From: the human T2T-CHM13v2.0 reference genome, Homo sapiens
Reading direction: 5' to 3' (one strand)
Assembly: GCF_009914755.1 (NCBI RefSeq)
Contig: NC_060934.1
Length of the DNA: 64,000 bases
Shown: one piece after another, positions 22,403-44,399 of the stretch
Layout of the letters: every line of letters begins with the position of its first letter
Position numbering within the stretch: position 1 is the stretch's first letter
The notes under the pieces: model-generated
Told to the model about the DNA's origin: nothing
What the model saw: only the letters and a program-made list of their open reading frames with translations
The model's database searches: none
Program-made: the position numbers and the translations under genes

Positions 22403-22797
<395 letters not shown>

Positions 22798-22862
22798 TGA
22801 TCCTCTCACCTCAGCCTCCCAAGTAGCTGGGACTACTGGCATGCACCACTATGTCTGGCTAA

Positions 22863-23134
<272 letters not shown>

Positions 23135-23277
23135 TGAAATGCTGGGATTACACGTGTGAGCCGCCTCGCCCAGCCTGTTTTTTAATTTTTTGTAGAGACA
23201 AGGTCTCACTCTGTTGCCCAGACTGCTCTCGAACTCCTAGCTTCAAGTAATACCACCTCAGCCTCCCAAAGTGCTAG

Positions 23278-24606
<1,329 letters not shown>

Positions 24607-25559
24607 TGATCTGCCCACCTCGGCCTCCCAACATGCTGGGATTACAGGCATGAGCCACCTCACCCGGCCAAAATAAAGTCACTCTTGGCCCCACATTCTA
24701 CCCCTCTAATGCATCTATTACAATCTGATGCACCTACTTCTTCTGCGATGGCCCCTGAGCCTTATGGGAGACGCTGAAGTTATTTCCATGGTGTGGGTGA
24801 CATGCTGCATCAGTTTGTTTTCTAGTTGTAAGCAGAGGCTGCAGCAACAATACAACAGACGAGATATCATAGGTCAAATATAAGGCACAGAATTAAAAAT
24901 GCCTTTGTCACCACGTTTACCCATAGCCAAACCAGGAGGAGAGCCACTGGGAGAAAGAAAGGGTAGAGAAACACACTTCAGAAAGAGGTTCATTTCTCCT
25001 TCTGTAGGGCAGAGCACCAGGAGGAACAGAAGACTGTGAGTGGAAATATAAATGTTTAGTAGATACTTGGTGGGGGAGTTCTTCTCCATCAAGCGGAATT
25101 ACTATGGTAGTTTCATCTCATTAGTGAGGACATAGGCAGCCTAAGGATTATGGGCTGGGGGTGCATACCAAACATGTTGCCCAAGGGACAAAGGTGCCAG
25201 TATTATGTGTAAGACTACAGGAGTAGCAAAAGACCATGTCGGACGGCTGACCAAGGTTCCCTTTAAAAGAAGCCTTGTTCCAATGTATTGGCATGTGGAG
25301 CATTTTGGCCCAGACTCCAAAAGGATCAATGCAGACCACTTACACTGGCCAGGAAATCCCTTGCTCTTCGGCAAGAAAGGCCCTGTTCAACCTGGGGGAA
25401 GTTGCCAGTCCAACCCTCATTCAAGTGTCTCCTCCCCTTGCCGGGCGCGGTGGCTCACACCTGTAATCCCAGCACTTTGGGAGGCCGAGGCGGTTGGATC
25501 ACCTGAGGTTGGGAGTTCAAGACCAGCCTGACCAACATAGAGAAACCCCGTCTCTACTA

Positions 25560-26069
<510 letters not shown>

Positions 26070-26538
26070 TGATCTGCCTGCCTTGGCCTCCCAAAGTGCT
26101 GGGATTACAGGGATGAGCCACCATGCCCCGCCCAGACTTTCTTTATAAGTGTGATCAATAGACCCTCCCCAGTGGTGGTACTGAGTCCATGGTATGGTAC
26201 CAGCACAGAATGTAGTTCAACCAAATTAAGATTTGTTTCTTTTTTTTGGAAACAGGGTCTTGTTCTGTGGCCCAAGCTGGAGTGCAGTGGTGCCATCATA
26301 GCTAACTGCAGCCTAGACCTCCTGGGTTCAAGTGATGCTCCTGCCTCAGCCTCACAAGTAGCTGGGTCTCCAGTTGCATGCCACCACCATGCCCATCTTG
26401 CTCACTCTCTCTCTCTTTTTTTTTTTTTTTTGGAAGAGACAGCATTGCACTATGTTGCCCGGCAGGCTGGTCTCCAATTCCTGGCCTCAAACAATTTTCC
26501 CACCTTGGCCTCCCAAAGCATTGGGATTACAGATATGA

Positions 26539-26864
<326 letters not shown>

Positions 26865-27629
26865 TAATTAAGGTTTCTAATTAAGGCCAAATTAAGTTTT
26901 GCCTGAAGCAAAACCTCCCACCCATGCAATGTTCTGGATTGCAAAAATATTCACTGTGTGTCTTCAAATTGCCATTTTTTGTTTAAATAAACCTTGCCAC
27001 TTGGGGATTATATGGCAAATGAAATCTCTGGTCTATATCCCTTTCAAGTGCCCAATCTTGGACATCATGCCCAGTAAAATGTGTGCCTACGTCACTACAA
27101 ATGCATCAAGAGTATCCATACGCGACACTGAGTTGTTCCAAGCCCTTAATGGTGGCTATTTGGTTTGCCCTTTTACAAGGGAAGGCCTGTAACCATCCTG
27201 TGACGGTGTCTTCATGTTAGTATGTACTTTTATCCCAAGCTTACTGGCAGGGGTCCATTGTAGTCTATCTGCCAGCCTCTCACAGGAGTGGCTGTCTCAT
27301 ATATGTGTCTAGATCTATGTGGGATGCAGCGGGGGCACAGGTGGGAGCAAACTGAACAGTGTGTTACTGCTACTGCTAAATCTGCATAGCAGAGGGGCAA
27401 TCCTGCTCCCTTTCCTGTTCGCCAGCCCACTCATACACTGTGATGCCCACTGTATTTATGTGCCAATCAGCTAGCTCAGAGAATTGCAAGGGAGCCAGGG
27501 TTCTAATTTTTGCCAGGGTACCAGCCTCCATGATACAGGGGTGGGGGGTGGGGGTTGAATCTGACCAATGTGCTGAAACATGATACACAATTAGGTTTGC
27601 AGTGAGTTCTTATAGCTTTTCCCAAATAA

Positions 27630-27866
<237 letters not shown>

Positions 27867-27869
27867 TGA

Positions 27870-28165
<296 letters not shown>

Positions 28166-28752
28166 TGAGCCACCGCACGTGGCCAACACCGAGCCAATTT
28201 TTTATTTTTTTGTAGAGACGAGGGCCTCACTATGTTGCCCAGGCTGGTCTCAATCTCCTGAGCTCAAACGATCTCGGCCTCACAAAGTGCTGGGATTATA
28301 GACATGAACCACCACTCCTGGCAAAGATCATTGAATACTGCCCAACTATTTGAACGGAGAACTATATATAGGCCATGGCTCATGGGTACAAACCAATTGT
28401 GCAGCTCAGAGTTCTGCCTATTGACTGCTTTGCTGCATTCCCTTCTCAAACCATAAGGTATCTGCCTGCGTATGGGCAGCTGCAGCTACTATGTGTCCAT
28501 CCACACAGGTTACCTCTGCTCAACCCATCTGAGTACCAAATGTTTTCAAGAATGAGGGTCATGCCTCCATGTACACACTCTGCAGTAGGGGCAGCACTGG
28601 TCTCATAATGTACTGGCCTTAAGATAGCATGCACGGCTGGGCACAGTGGCTCACGCCTGTAATCCCAGCACTTTGGGAGGCCAAGGTGGACGGATCACCT
28701 GAGGTTGGGAGTTTGAGACCAGCCTGACCAACATGGTGAAACCCCGTCTCTA

Positions 28753-28980
<228 letters not shown>

Positions 28981-29091
28981 TTATTGCAGGTATGCACGCC
29001 ACTTTTGTAAAGTGGAGGCCTGGGCAATAGCTGAGGCAGTCCTGGCAAACAACGCTTCCATCCAGCCTCTGAGAGGGAAACCCGTTTTGTT

Positions 29092-29123
<32 letters not shown>

Positions 29124-30841
29124 TGAGACAAAGTCTTGCTCTGTCACCTAGGCTGGAGGGCAGTGGCACCATCAAAGCTCTCTGCAGCCCGGAACTCAGA
29201 GCCTCGAGTGATCCTTCCCCTTTGGCCTCCCAAAGTGCTGGTATTACAGGTTTGAGCTGCCATGCCTGGCAAGGAGACTCGGCCTTACTGTTATTGGCAA
29301 AGCAGCAGTTTTGAGTTCCACTTGCTATAAGACCTTGTACATCCCCCAGGATCTGTTGTTCAAGTGGGGAATAGTGGGTTTCAGCACTGTTGGTCCAGAG
29401 TTGTGACCAAAATCCTAGAGGAACTGCTTTCCCATGTTGGACTTGCCAGAGGGCCCAACTGGTCCCCTCAGCATTTATGGTCACATCTAAAGACATCACT
29501 ATCCAGGAGAAGGGGAACCTAAGGCTTTTACCTGAACCACTAGCATTTCAGCCTTCTCAAATGTTTCCTCTTGTTTTCTATACCAGCACTAACTAGATCC
29601 CTTCTTTACTTGTCAGTATAGGGGATACAAACATTGAGCTAAATGTAGAATGATGCCTGCTGGTATCCCAGAAGACTGAGGAAACTTTGTAACTGTTTAC
29701 CTGTTTTAGGCATGGAAAATTTTTATATTTTGCCAATGAATGTGCCTGGGATAAGGTGTGTCTTACCCGATCAAGTGACCCTCTAAAAACTTTACAGATG
29801 GTCCTGGCCCTTGTATCTTTTGCAAGTTGATGGCCCATCCTCTGGATTGGAGAAGGGTGCACAAGTGTCAAGCTGTTGCTGTAACACTGACAAATCTTCA
29901 GAGGTTAGCATAATATTACCAACATAACGAAGCCATATGACAGCAAGTGGTGGTGGACATAGAGTCAAACCTCTAACAATCATACCATGACAAATAGTGA
30001 GTCTATGTAAATAACCCTGGGGCAACACTTGGAATGTCCACCTCAGCTATCCCAAGTAAAAGCAAATTGGCCAGACATGGTGGCTCATGCCTGTAATCCC
30101 AGCACTTTGGGAGGCCAAAGGCTGGAGGATCACTTGAGGTCAGCATTTTGAGACCAGGCTGGCCAACATGGTGAAACCCTGTCTCTACTACAAATACAAA
30201 AATTAGCTGGGCATGGTGGTGCACACCTGTAATCCCAGCTACACAGGAGGCTGAAGCAGGAGAATCACTTGAACACGGGAGGTGGAGCTTACAGGGAGCT
30301 GAGATCACGCCACTGCACTTTACCATGGGCCACAAAGGGAGACTCTGTCTCAAAAACCAAAAACAAAAACAGCCAGGCTTCAGTGGTTCACACCTGTAAT
30401 CTGAGCACTTTGAGAAGCCGAGGCGGGTGGATCAGCTGAGGTCAGGAGTTCCAGAACAGCCTGGCCAGCATGGTGAAACCCCATCTTTAAAAATACAAGC
30501 ATTAGCTGGGTGTGGTGGCACCTGCGTGTAGTCCCAGCTACTCAGGAGGCTGAGACAGGAAAATTACTTGAACCCGGGAGGTGGAGGTTTCAGTGAGCCA
30601 AGATCAAGCCACTGTACTCCAGCCTGGGCGACAGAGTGAGACTCTGTCTCAAAACAAAACAAACAACAACAACAACAAAAAACCCAGCAAATTGGTCCTG
30701 CAAGTCAGGATGCAAAGGGATGCTAAAGAAGACATTAATGGCGGGGTATGGTGGCTCACGCCTGTAATCCCAGCACTTTGGGAGGCCGACGTGAGCAGAT
30801 CACCTGAGGTCAGCAGTTCAAGACCAGCCTGGCCAACATCA

Positions 30842-31057
<216 letters not shown>

Positions 31058-31183
31058 TTAGCAGCTGGACACGCTGGCTCACGCCTGTAATCCCAGCACT
31101 TTGGGAAGCTAAGGCAGGCGGATCACCTGAGGTCAGGAGTTTGAAACCAGCCTGACCAACATGGAGAAACCCTGTCTTTACTA

Positions 31184-31342
<159 letters not shown>

Positions 31343-31569
31343 TCAAAGAAAAAAAAAAAAAAAGACATTAGCGAAATCTAACATGACATAGGTTTAGTTG
31401 CATTCTGCACCTGTGTCCGCTAAAGTCAAGGTTCTCTATGTGTTTCTTGGCATCTAATAGATTGTGAGCTCCACATGGACCTATGCCCCCTACTGCTTGT
31501 GGGTGAAGGTGACCTTGGCCCCATCCCTGGTCTTCAGGCTGAAGAGGAGTCCACCTTTGGAATCTTTGA

Positions 31570-32501
<932 letters not shown>

Positions 32502-32883
32502 TGAACTCCTGACCTCATGATCCACCTGCTTCGGCCTCCCAAAGTGATGGAATTACAGGCATGCGCCACTGTGCCCAGCCTATTTTCTCTTTTTCTATCT
32601 TGGGTGAAATCAGATCATACCACATTTGTTTCCTGGTAATCCTAATTAGGCTTTTTTGGCTTCCCTTTTTGGTCTAGCAGACTTGGTTTTTAAATTTAAT
32701 TTAATTTTATTTAATTTTATTTTCTAGTAACCAATCTGACTTTCTCTCTTCCTTGTTCTGTCTCTCCAAGATTAGCTATGGTTTATCCCACATTATATAT
32801 ATCTTGTCCCATAAGAGGGCTCAAGAGGAATATGAGAAGGCCATGCTACTCTTGGGAAGCATTCTGTAACAATTTGCTTTTCA

Positions 32884-33357
<474 letters not shown>

Positions 33358-33759
33358 TCATTATAATCCCAGTCCACAAGGCTACAGTTCCCCCAGACAG
33401 TTCTAGCATAATACAAACACTGTCTCAGAGTGAGATGAGTCGGTTATATTACTCATTTTTTTTCAGCTTCACTCTCTGCTGGAGAAATGTCATCCTCACC
33501 AGTGTCCCATAGCTGCACCATCCATGTGGCTGAGCTTTCTCTCAGCAGCTGTTCGGAAATTTTTGCTAGGTCTAATAATTCTTCTGAGGAATAATCTTGG
33601 ATCGTCGAAGATTCCTGCAAAGGCTATTGCTTATGGCCCAGGATGTACGTATAGGGCTTTTGCTTCCTGCTGCATACCCTCAAAAGGGGACGATAATTAT
33701 CCTCCACCTCCCAGATAACCTCTGTGTCTTTATCTGGCTCACTAGTTGGTTCCCAATAA

Positions 33760-34244
<485 letters not shown>

Positions 34245-34558
34245 TAATTGCAGTTCTTCTAACTTTCAGACATTTGCTGTAGCTGCTACCTGTACTTCTG
34301 TGGTTGCTGGCATAGACCATAATAGCGGCCAACTCACTGTCATAGCAGCTTACTGACCTTTCTCACCACAGTGAGTCATATGGCTTTTTACAAACAAGCA
34401 CTCTAGACTCTCTGGGGTTTTGGAGGTGTTTCTGTACTCACGTGATGGTCCACAGGTATCTAGCAAATGGGCAGCACCACTTCATTTAGATGAGGAGGAC
34501 TACCCCAGGATTTCCCCAAGGATGCTTCTTTCTTCATGCTCATGCTTTGGTTTCCTGG

Positions 34559-34576
34559 CTCCTGGCTGGATCACCA
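34559..34576 (-). other. Retroviral primer-binding site, tRNA-Arg(ACG)-type
   Basis: TGGTGATCCAGCCAGGAG lies 2 nt after the LTR-terminal CA. It matches 16/18 to TGGCGAGCCAGCCAGGAG, the complement of the recalled tRNA-Arg(ACG) 3' end. Confidence 0.75.
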
Positions 34577-34578
34577 CT

Positions 34579-34994
34579 TGTTTCATGTAAGGGCTGTATA
34601 TGCAAAGCCACCCTCAAATGCAGAAAGAGCTGAGAAATTAAAGAAGGGAGCAGATAAATCCAGTTTGTCAGTATGGGATGACTTATTGGGGGAATTTACA
34701 GAGAGAAGCATGGTCTTGGGCAGCCACAGACAGGTAGAGCTCTTTACCTCAAATGCCCAGGTCCAAGGCTTAGACCTTGGAGAAAGGTAAATGTGCTCTG
34801 GAAGGAATGTGTAGGTGGCTATGGGTGTTAAACCTATGATGTACCAAGGGTTGCTTTGAAGGAAAGGTGAAACTTACAATGAATAGGTATCCTATATAAA
34901 GAGTAATACATCACCTAGACATTTTGGAGGCATTCCCAGACTCAGGGTTAGTCAGCGAATTAGCGTTTCAAATAAAGTTATTCTCATCCCCAAA
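34579..34994 (-). mobile_element. 5' LTR of the class III provirus (LTR47-like)
   Basis: Ends ...GCTTTGCATATACAGCCCTTACATGAAACA just before the PBS. Its 5' end (~34970-34994) resembles the 3' LTR stub at 24671-24695. Subfamily name is from memory. Confidence 0.7.
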
Positions 34995-35175
34995 ATGACA
35001 AACGGTTTTTGAATACAGACAACACAAAATTACCATACAGACCATATATAACAATAACTACCTAAAAAGCCTTCTTTGAAAGCTTTCCCTCATTTGACAT
35101 GTACCCCAATATATTATGAAATGGGGGAAATGGTGTACATTTTAATAAGCATTGTCTTGAATCTTAGCTATCTTT

Positions 35176-36138
35176 TTTGTTTGTTTTTGTTTGTTTTTGT
35201 TTTGTTTTGATTTTTTTATTTTTTTTATTATTTATAGTAAACTTTATTTTCATTGATATTTCACTTAACATAATTTCAAAGTCAGTCTGTGGTCTAAGAT
35301 GAGCAAAAGAAAAGATATTCTAAATCTCTCAAGAGATTTTTTTCACACTGTTCCTCTGAGCAGGGAATGGGGTTTCAGGGTTCTCAATGTCAACACCTAA
35401 CATTTTACCCTTGAGATTTACCTATAGATACAGAAAGAAGAGATAAAATCAATATACAAGAATCGATCTCTATGAGGGTCTCAATAAGCCCGTGTTACAT
35501 GCTCGCCACCTCTGTAGGGTTATAATGGTAACAACTGATTTTCCACCCCTCCGCCAAATTTGGTCTTTTTTTTTTAGGTAAAATATCAGATGCAAAAATG
35601 CTGCACTTATTTCTCTTAATACATTGAAAATAGTGGAAGATGCAGATTTTTAATCCTTCATGAGTCCAAGCTGGAACATGACTTCTGCTAATCAGATGTC
35701 ATCAACATACAAACTCCAACTTTGGCAGCCATCAGCAAACTGGCACCTGCAATTAAACCTACAGGCATGAATTTTCCATAGTAGTAGGATCTCATTCCCA
35801 TAATACCAACAAAAGTAACAGATGTAGCGGCTAGGAAATCCCAAACATTCCTTGGATCCTGATACAGCTGGTAAGCACCCACGCCGGCTAGACTGCCAAA
35901 GAGCAGCCCTGCAGCCAGGGACGGCGCCCTGCCTGTTTTTACATAGCCAACGATCCCACCAGAAACAACCAGTGCTGTGTAGCCAAAGCCAAACCAATGC
36001 AAAGGCACTAATGGGAAGAGGGGCTTCTCCATTCTTCTCTTCTCAGTCCAGAAAGGAGACTACCCCAGGCCTGCATCTCCTGAAGGCCCGTGGGGAGCAC
36101 AATGGAGCGCAAGCCGCGGGACACAGCTGCCAGGTCTC
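35176..36138 (-). pseudogene. TMEM14DP: Processed TMEM14B retrocopy (TMEM14DP) with 5'UTR, uninterrupted 114-aa ORF (35688-36032), 3'UTR and decayed poly(A)
   Basis: Intronless [37 protein letters not shown]...MLMTSD is near-identical to recalled TMEM14B. Minus-strand AATAAA at 35243-35248, A-rich tail at ~35176-35230, and TSD CTTAGCTATCTTT at 35163-35175 and 36518-36530. Confidence 0.92.
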
Positions 36139-36553
<415 letters not shown>

Positions 36554-37073
36554 TAGACCACAGATCATTAATTTTTTTTTCTTTTTTTCCGAAACAGAGT
36601 CTTGCTCTGCTGCCCAGGCTGGAGTGCAGCGGCACAATCTCAACTCACTGCAATCTCCGTGTCCCGGGTTCAGGCAATTCTCCTGCCACAGCCTCATGAG
36701 TAGCTGGGATTACCGGTGTGCGACAGCATACCCAGCTAATTTTTTAATTTTTAGTACACATGGGGTTTCCCCATGTTGGCCAGGCTGGTCTCAAACTCCT
36801 GACCTCAAGTTATCCACCCGGCTTGGCCTCCCAAATTGCTGCGATTATAGGCGTGAGCCACCACACCCAGCCAATTTGTTTTCTTTAATATAAAACTTAG
36901 AGGCGGGTCCAGTGCCTTACGCCTGTAATCTTAGCACTTTGGGAGGCTGAGGTGGGCGGATCAGGAAGTCAGGAGTTCAAGTCCAGCCTGACCAACATGG
37001 TAAAACCCCATCTCGAAAAAAAAAATTTAAAAAATTAGCTGGGAGCAGTGGTGCATGCCTGTAGTCCCAGCTA

Positions 37074-37181
<108 letters not shown>

Positions 37182-37382
37182 TTAAAAAATAAATAAAAAT
37201 AAGCCGGCTGGGTGCGGTGGCTCACGCCTGTAATCCCAACACTTTGGAAGGCCGAGGCAGACGGATCACCTGAGGTCCGGAGTTCGAGACCAGCCTGGCT
37301 AACATGGCGAAACTTCGTTTCTACTGAAAATACAAAAAATTAGTCAGGCATGATTGCACGCGCCTGCAATCCCAGCTACTCA

Positions 37383-37535
<153 letters not shown>

Positions 37536-38132
37536 TCACCCAGGTTAGTCTAAAACTCCTGGGCTCAATCAATCCTCCTGTCTCAGCCATCCAAAGTGAT
37601 GGAATTACAGGTGTGAGCCACCTTGCTCGGCTCATTATTAACTCTTATTTATTTATATTTATCAGAAATAAGCATCATATATTACAGATGCCTTATTCAT
37701 TTAAAAAACTTTGGGACCAGCTGGGCACGGTGGCTCACACCTGTAATCCCAGCACTTTGGGAGGTCAAGGCGGGCGGATCACAAGGTCAAGAGTTCGAGA
37801 CCACCCTGGCCAACATGGTGAAACCCCGTCTACTAAAGATATAAAAAATTAGCTGGGTGTAGTGCCGCCTGCCTGTAATCCTAGCTACTAGAGAGGCTGG
37901 GGCAAGAGAATTGCTTGAACCTAGGAAGCGGAGGTTGCAGTAAGTTGAATTTGCACCATTGCACCTCAGCCTGGGCAACAGGGCAAGACTCCGTCTCAAA
38001 AATAAAAGGGAGTCTGCTGGGCACAGTGGCTCACGCCTGTAATCCCAGCACTTTCAGAGTCTGAGGTGGGTAGATCACCTGAGGTGAGGAGTTTGACACC
38101 ACCCTGGCCTACATAGGGAAACCCCATCTCTA

Positions 38133-38486
<354 letters not shown>

Positions 38487-39530
38487 TTATAGTCACATAA
38501 AGTACAGGATTTTAGTACATCAGAAGAAATGACATGATAAATCTCAGAAACATACGCAAGAATTTGTCAGCCATGATGATCTCTGAGGAGGCGGATGAAT
38601 GAAAGATGAGGAGCTGCACTTTCTTTTTGAGACGGAGTTTCGCTATGTTGCCCTGGCTTGAGTGTAGTGGTGCAATCTCACCTCAATGCAACCTCCGCCT
38701 CCTGGGTTCAAATGATTCTTCTGCCTCAACCTCCTGAGTAGCTGGGACTATAGGCGTGCACCACCACACCTGGCTACTTTTTGTATTTTTAGTAGAGACG
38801 GGGTTTCATCATCTTGGCCAGGCTGGTCTGGAACTCCTGACCTCGTGATCCACCCGCCTCGGCCACCCAAAGTGCTGGGATTACAGGCGTGAGCCACCGT
38901 GCCCCGCCTACTTTTTTTTTTTTTTTTTGAGATGGAGTCTCACTGTGTCACCAAGCCTGGAGTGCAATGGCAGGATTTTGGCTCGCTGCAACCTCTGCCT
39001 CCCTGGTTTCAAGCAATTCTCCTGCTTCAGCCTCCCAAGTAGCTAGGACTACAGGTGTATGCCACCACACCCAGCTAATTTTTGCATTTTTAGTAGAGAT
39101 GGGGTTTCACCATGTTGGCCAGGCTGGTCTCGAACCCCGACTTCAAGTGACCCACTTGCCTCGGCCTTCCAAATTGCTGGGATTACAGCTGTGAGCCACC
39201 GCACCCAGCCCCGACTCCTTTTTTGTTTTGTAGAGAGGACGTATCGCTGTATTGCCCAGGTGGGTTCAATCTCCTGGGCTCAAGCAATCCCCTGCCTTTA
39301 GCTTCCCAAAGTGCTGGGATTACAGGCATGAGCCACCGCACCCAGCCGAAAGCAGGGGCTTAAAAAAAGTTTCAGATTTATCTTTTCTTTTTGGCTTGAG
39401 TAATATGGTTATTATTATATTTTTTCATGAAAACTGCCCAGGCCAGGTGCAGTGCCTCATGCCTGTAATCGCAGCAGTTTGGGAGGCAGAGGCGGGCGGA
39501 TCACGAGGTCAAGAGATCAAGACCATCCTA

Positions 39531-39838
<308 letters not shown>

Positions 39839-40110
39839 TCAAGACTGACCTAGGCAACATATTGAGATCCCACCTCTGCAAAAAAAAAAAAAACTTGGGC
39901 ATGGTGGCGTGTGCTTGTAGTCCCGGCTACTTGGGAGGCTGAGTAGGAGGGGATGGCTTGAGCCCATGAGTTCGAGACTGCTGTGAACTAAGGTTGCACC
40001 ACTGCACTCCAGCTTGGTTGACAGAGCAAGACCCTGCCTCAAATAAAATAAAATGAAATGAAAAAGGGACATGTTTTGGTCAAGTCTTTTTCTACAGCCC
40101 ACCAAATCTA

Positions 40111-40356
<246 letters not shown>

Positions 40357-41316
40357 TCACTTGAACCTGGGAGGTGGAGGTTACAGTGAGCCAAGATATC
40401 GACAGTGAGCCGAGATATCGACATTGCACTCTAGCCTGGGCGACACAGTAAGACTCCATCTCAAAAAAAAAAAAAAAAAAAAAAAAAAAAGACAATCCCA
40501 TGCAAGGTATGCAATTTGGTGAGTAACTGGAGTAGAATGTGTGAGCATTGCAATGAGAGAGATATAGGAATGTTGCAGAAGCAGCTCAGAGATCCATAAG
40601 GCTATGGAGCTCCTAATTCTGCCTCAGTAATTATAAAAGGTTTCACAGACTAGGAGCTCTGTGAGCTGGGTTTTGAGGAATAAGGACAAGTTTGCCAGGT
40701 TGATAAAAATGAAAATTAGTCTGGGCACCGTGGCTCATGCCTGTAGTGCTAGCAAATTTGGGAGGCTGAGGCTGGCAGATTGCCTGAGCTCAGGAGTTCG
40801 ACCAGCCTGGGCAACATGGTGAAACCATGTCTGTACTAAAAATACAAAAAATAGGCTGGGCGCTGTGGCTCATGCTGTAATCCCAGCTCTTTGGGAAGCC
40901 GAGGTGGGTGGATCATGAGGTCAGGAGTTCAAGACCAGCCTGGCCAACATGGTGAAACCTCGTCTCAACTAAAAACACAAAAATTAGCTGGGTACAGTGG
41001 TACGTGCCTGTAATCCTAGCTACTCAGGAGGCTGAGGCAGGAGAATCCCGGGAGGCGGAGGTTTCCGTGAGCTGAGATCGCATCATTGCATTCCAGCCTG
41101 GGCGACAAAGCAAGACTCTGTCTCAAAAAAGAAGAAGAAGAAGGCTGGGCGTGGTGGCTCACGCCTGTAATCCCAGTGCTTTGGGAGGCCAAGGCAGGTG
41201 GATCAAGAGGTCAGGAGTTCGAAATTAGCCTGACCAACATGGTGAAACCCCATCTCTAATAAAAACACAAAAATTAGCCAGGCATGGTGGCGCATGCCTG
41301 TAATCCCAGCTACTCA

Positions 41317-41454
<138 letters not shown>

Positions 41455-41610
41455 TTAGATAAGAGAAGAAGAGGCAGGAGGAAGAAGAACATTCTAGGCA
41501 GATCTGCATCTGTCCCTCTGTCCCAACATTTCCATCATCTCCATTCACAAAGCCTGAGAAAATGTTAGGAGAAACTCATGAGGTAACTAAGATAGCTTTT
41601 ATTAAGATAA

Positions 41611-41927
<317 letters not shown>

Positions 41928-42507
41928 TGAATAGGCATGTATGGAGGTTACAACATACAACATAAATGAAGCGTCAGAGGGGAGGAAGTCTCAGCATCAC
42001 TCAGGTGAAAATGAATGGAAAATAGAGCAGGAACGCAAAACATGGCTTCAGAGGTTAGTGGTAACACCAGAGCTACAAACCAGGGCTGGAAATTCAGCTT
42101 CAGAAGTCTTCTGAGACCAGGAGTCTTGAAGGGCTTGCAGTACCAGGAAGTCTCCAAAGGAGGGAGCAGGAAGAGAGAGAAGATGGTGAAGGCAATTTGG
42201 ACATGTGGGTGGCCTATTAGCTGCCACAGAGATCCAGGGAGGAGGCATTTTTAAACAAAGGAGAATGAAGATGTGTAGTGACTATAGCCTTAGGAGAGTG
42301 CATCAGTGAACTCAGGAATAAATGGGCATTGTAGAAAAAAGAAGCAGCAAATAGAAATTCTTGGCCAGTCATAGTGGCTTCATGGCTGTAAATCCCAGCA
42401 CTTTGGGAGTCTGAGGTGGAAGGATCACTTGGGGCTGGGAGTTCATAACCAGCCTGGGCAACAGAGCAAGATCCCATCTCTAAAAAAAAAAAATTTCTTT
42501 GAGATAG

Positions 42508-42606
<99 letters not shown>

Positions 42607-42949
42607 TGAGTAGCTGGGATTACAGGCATGCGCCACCATGCCTGGCTAATTTTTGTATTTTTAGTAGAGATGGGTTTTTGCCATATTGACTAGGATGGTC
42701 TTGAACCCCTGCCCTCAAGTGATCTGCCCACCTAGGCCCTCCAAAGTGCTGGGATTACAGGCATGAGCCACCATGCCCAGCCAAAACAATTTTTTTTTTT
42801 TAATTAGCCTTGCCTGGCTCGGCACAGTGGCTCACACCTGTAATCCCAGCTCTTTGGGAGGCCAAGGTGGGCAGAACACGAGGTCAGAAGTTCAAGACCA
42901 GCCTGGCCAATATGGTGAAACCCTATCTCTTTTTTTTTCTTTTTTTTGA

Positions 42950-43180
<231 letters not shown>

Positions 43181-44399
43181 TGATCTGCCTGCTTTGGCCT
43201 CCCGAAGTGTTGGGATTACAGGTGTGAGCCACCTCGCCGTGCCGAAACCCTGTCTCTACTAAAAAGTACAAACATTAGGCTGGGCATTAGCCTTGCCTGT
43301 AGTCCTAGCTACTCGGGAAGCTGAGGCAGGGGGATCGCTTGAAACTGGGAGAGAGGCTGAGGCTGCAATAAGCTGTGATCATACCAGTGCACCCCAGCCT
43401 GGGCTACAAAAGAGACCCTGTGTCAAAAAGAGAGAAAGGAAGGGGAGGGGTGGGGAGATGAGGGGAAGGGAGAGCTTCTCAGGAAAGAAATAAGAAAGCA
43501 AGGCCAAGCAAAGGGGCCACCTGGTCATGGTAAACACAAAAGACCTATAAACAGCAGAGGAGAAGGAATTAATGAAGAGGAGACGGTGCTGATGCTAGAA
43601 AGACAGGGGCTCATTAATGGAGTAAGAGGTGCTTAGATAAGTAACATGGAAGCTATGGGCTCAAGGATACAAGCTAATGGGCAGGCACATAACATAGAGA
43701 AGAAACTTCAAGTAAGAAAAGAAATTGCACGCTGAGGAAAGGAAAGAAAGGTAAGAAATCTCTGTCGTCTGAGCCACCGTGCCTGGCCACACCCAGCTAT
43801 TTTTTTGTATTTTTAGTAGAGATGGGGTTTCACTATGTTGGCCAGGCTGGTCTCCAACTCCTGACCTCATGATCCGCCCGCCTCGGCCTCCCAAAGTGCT
43901 GGGATTACAGGCCTGAGCCACCGTGCCCGGCCGAAACTATTGCTTTTTAGCAATTTTTATTTATTTAAAATTTATTTTATTTTTTAATAAAATAAAATAA
44001 GTATTTTAAAACCTATTGCTGGCTGGGCACAGTGGTTCACGCCTGTAATCCCAGCACTTTGGGAGGCAGAGGCAGGTGAATCACGAAGTCAGGGGTTTGA
44101 GACCAGCCTGTCCAAGATAGTGAAACCCCTTGTCTACTAAAAACTACAAAAAAAAAAAAAAAATTAGCCAGGTGTGGTGGCAGGTGCCTGTAATCCCAGC
44201 TACTCGGGAGGCTGAAGCAGGAGATCGCTTGAACCAGGGTGGCAGACGTTGCAGTGAGCCGAGATCACGCCACTGCACTCCATCCTGGGCAATAGAGTGA
44301 GACTCCATCTCAAAAAACAAAAAAAAATTGTTTATTTCTTGAATTTTCCATGGAATCTTATCAGACCACTGACGACCTCTGATAAGGAGTGGACTACTA

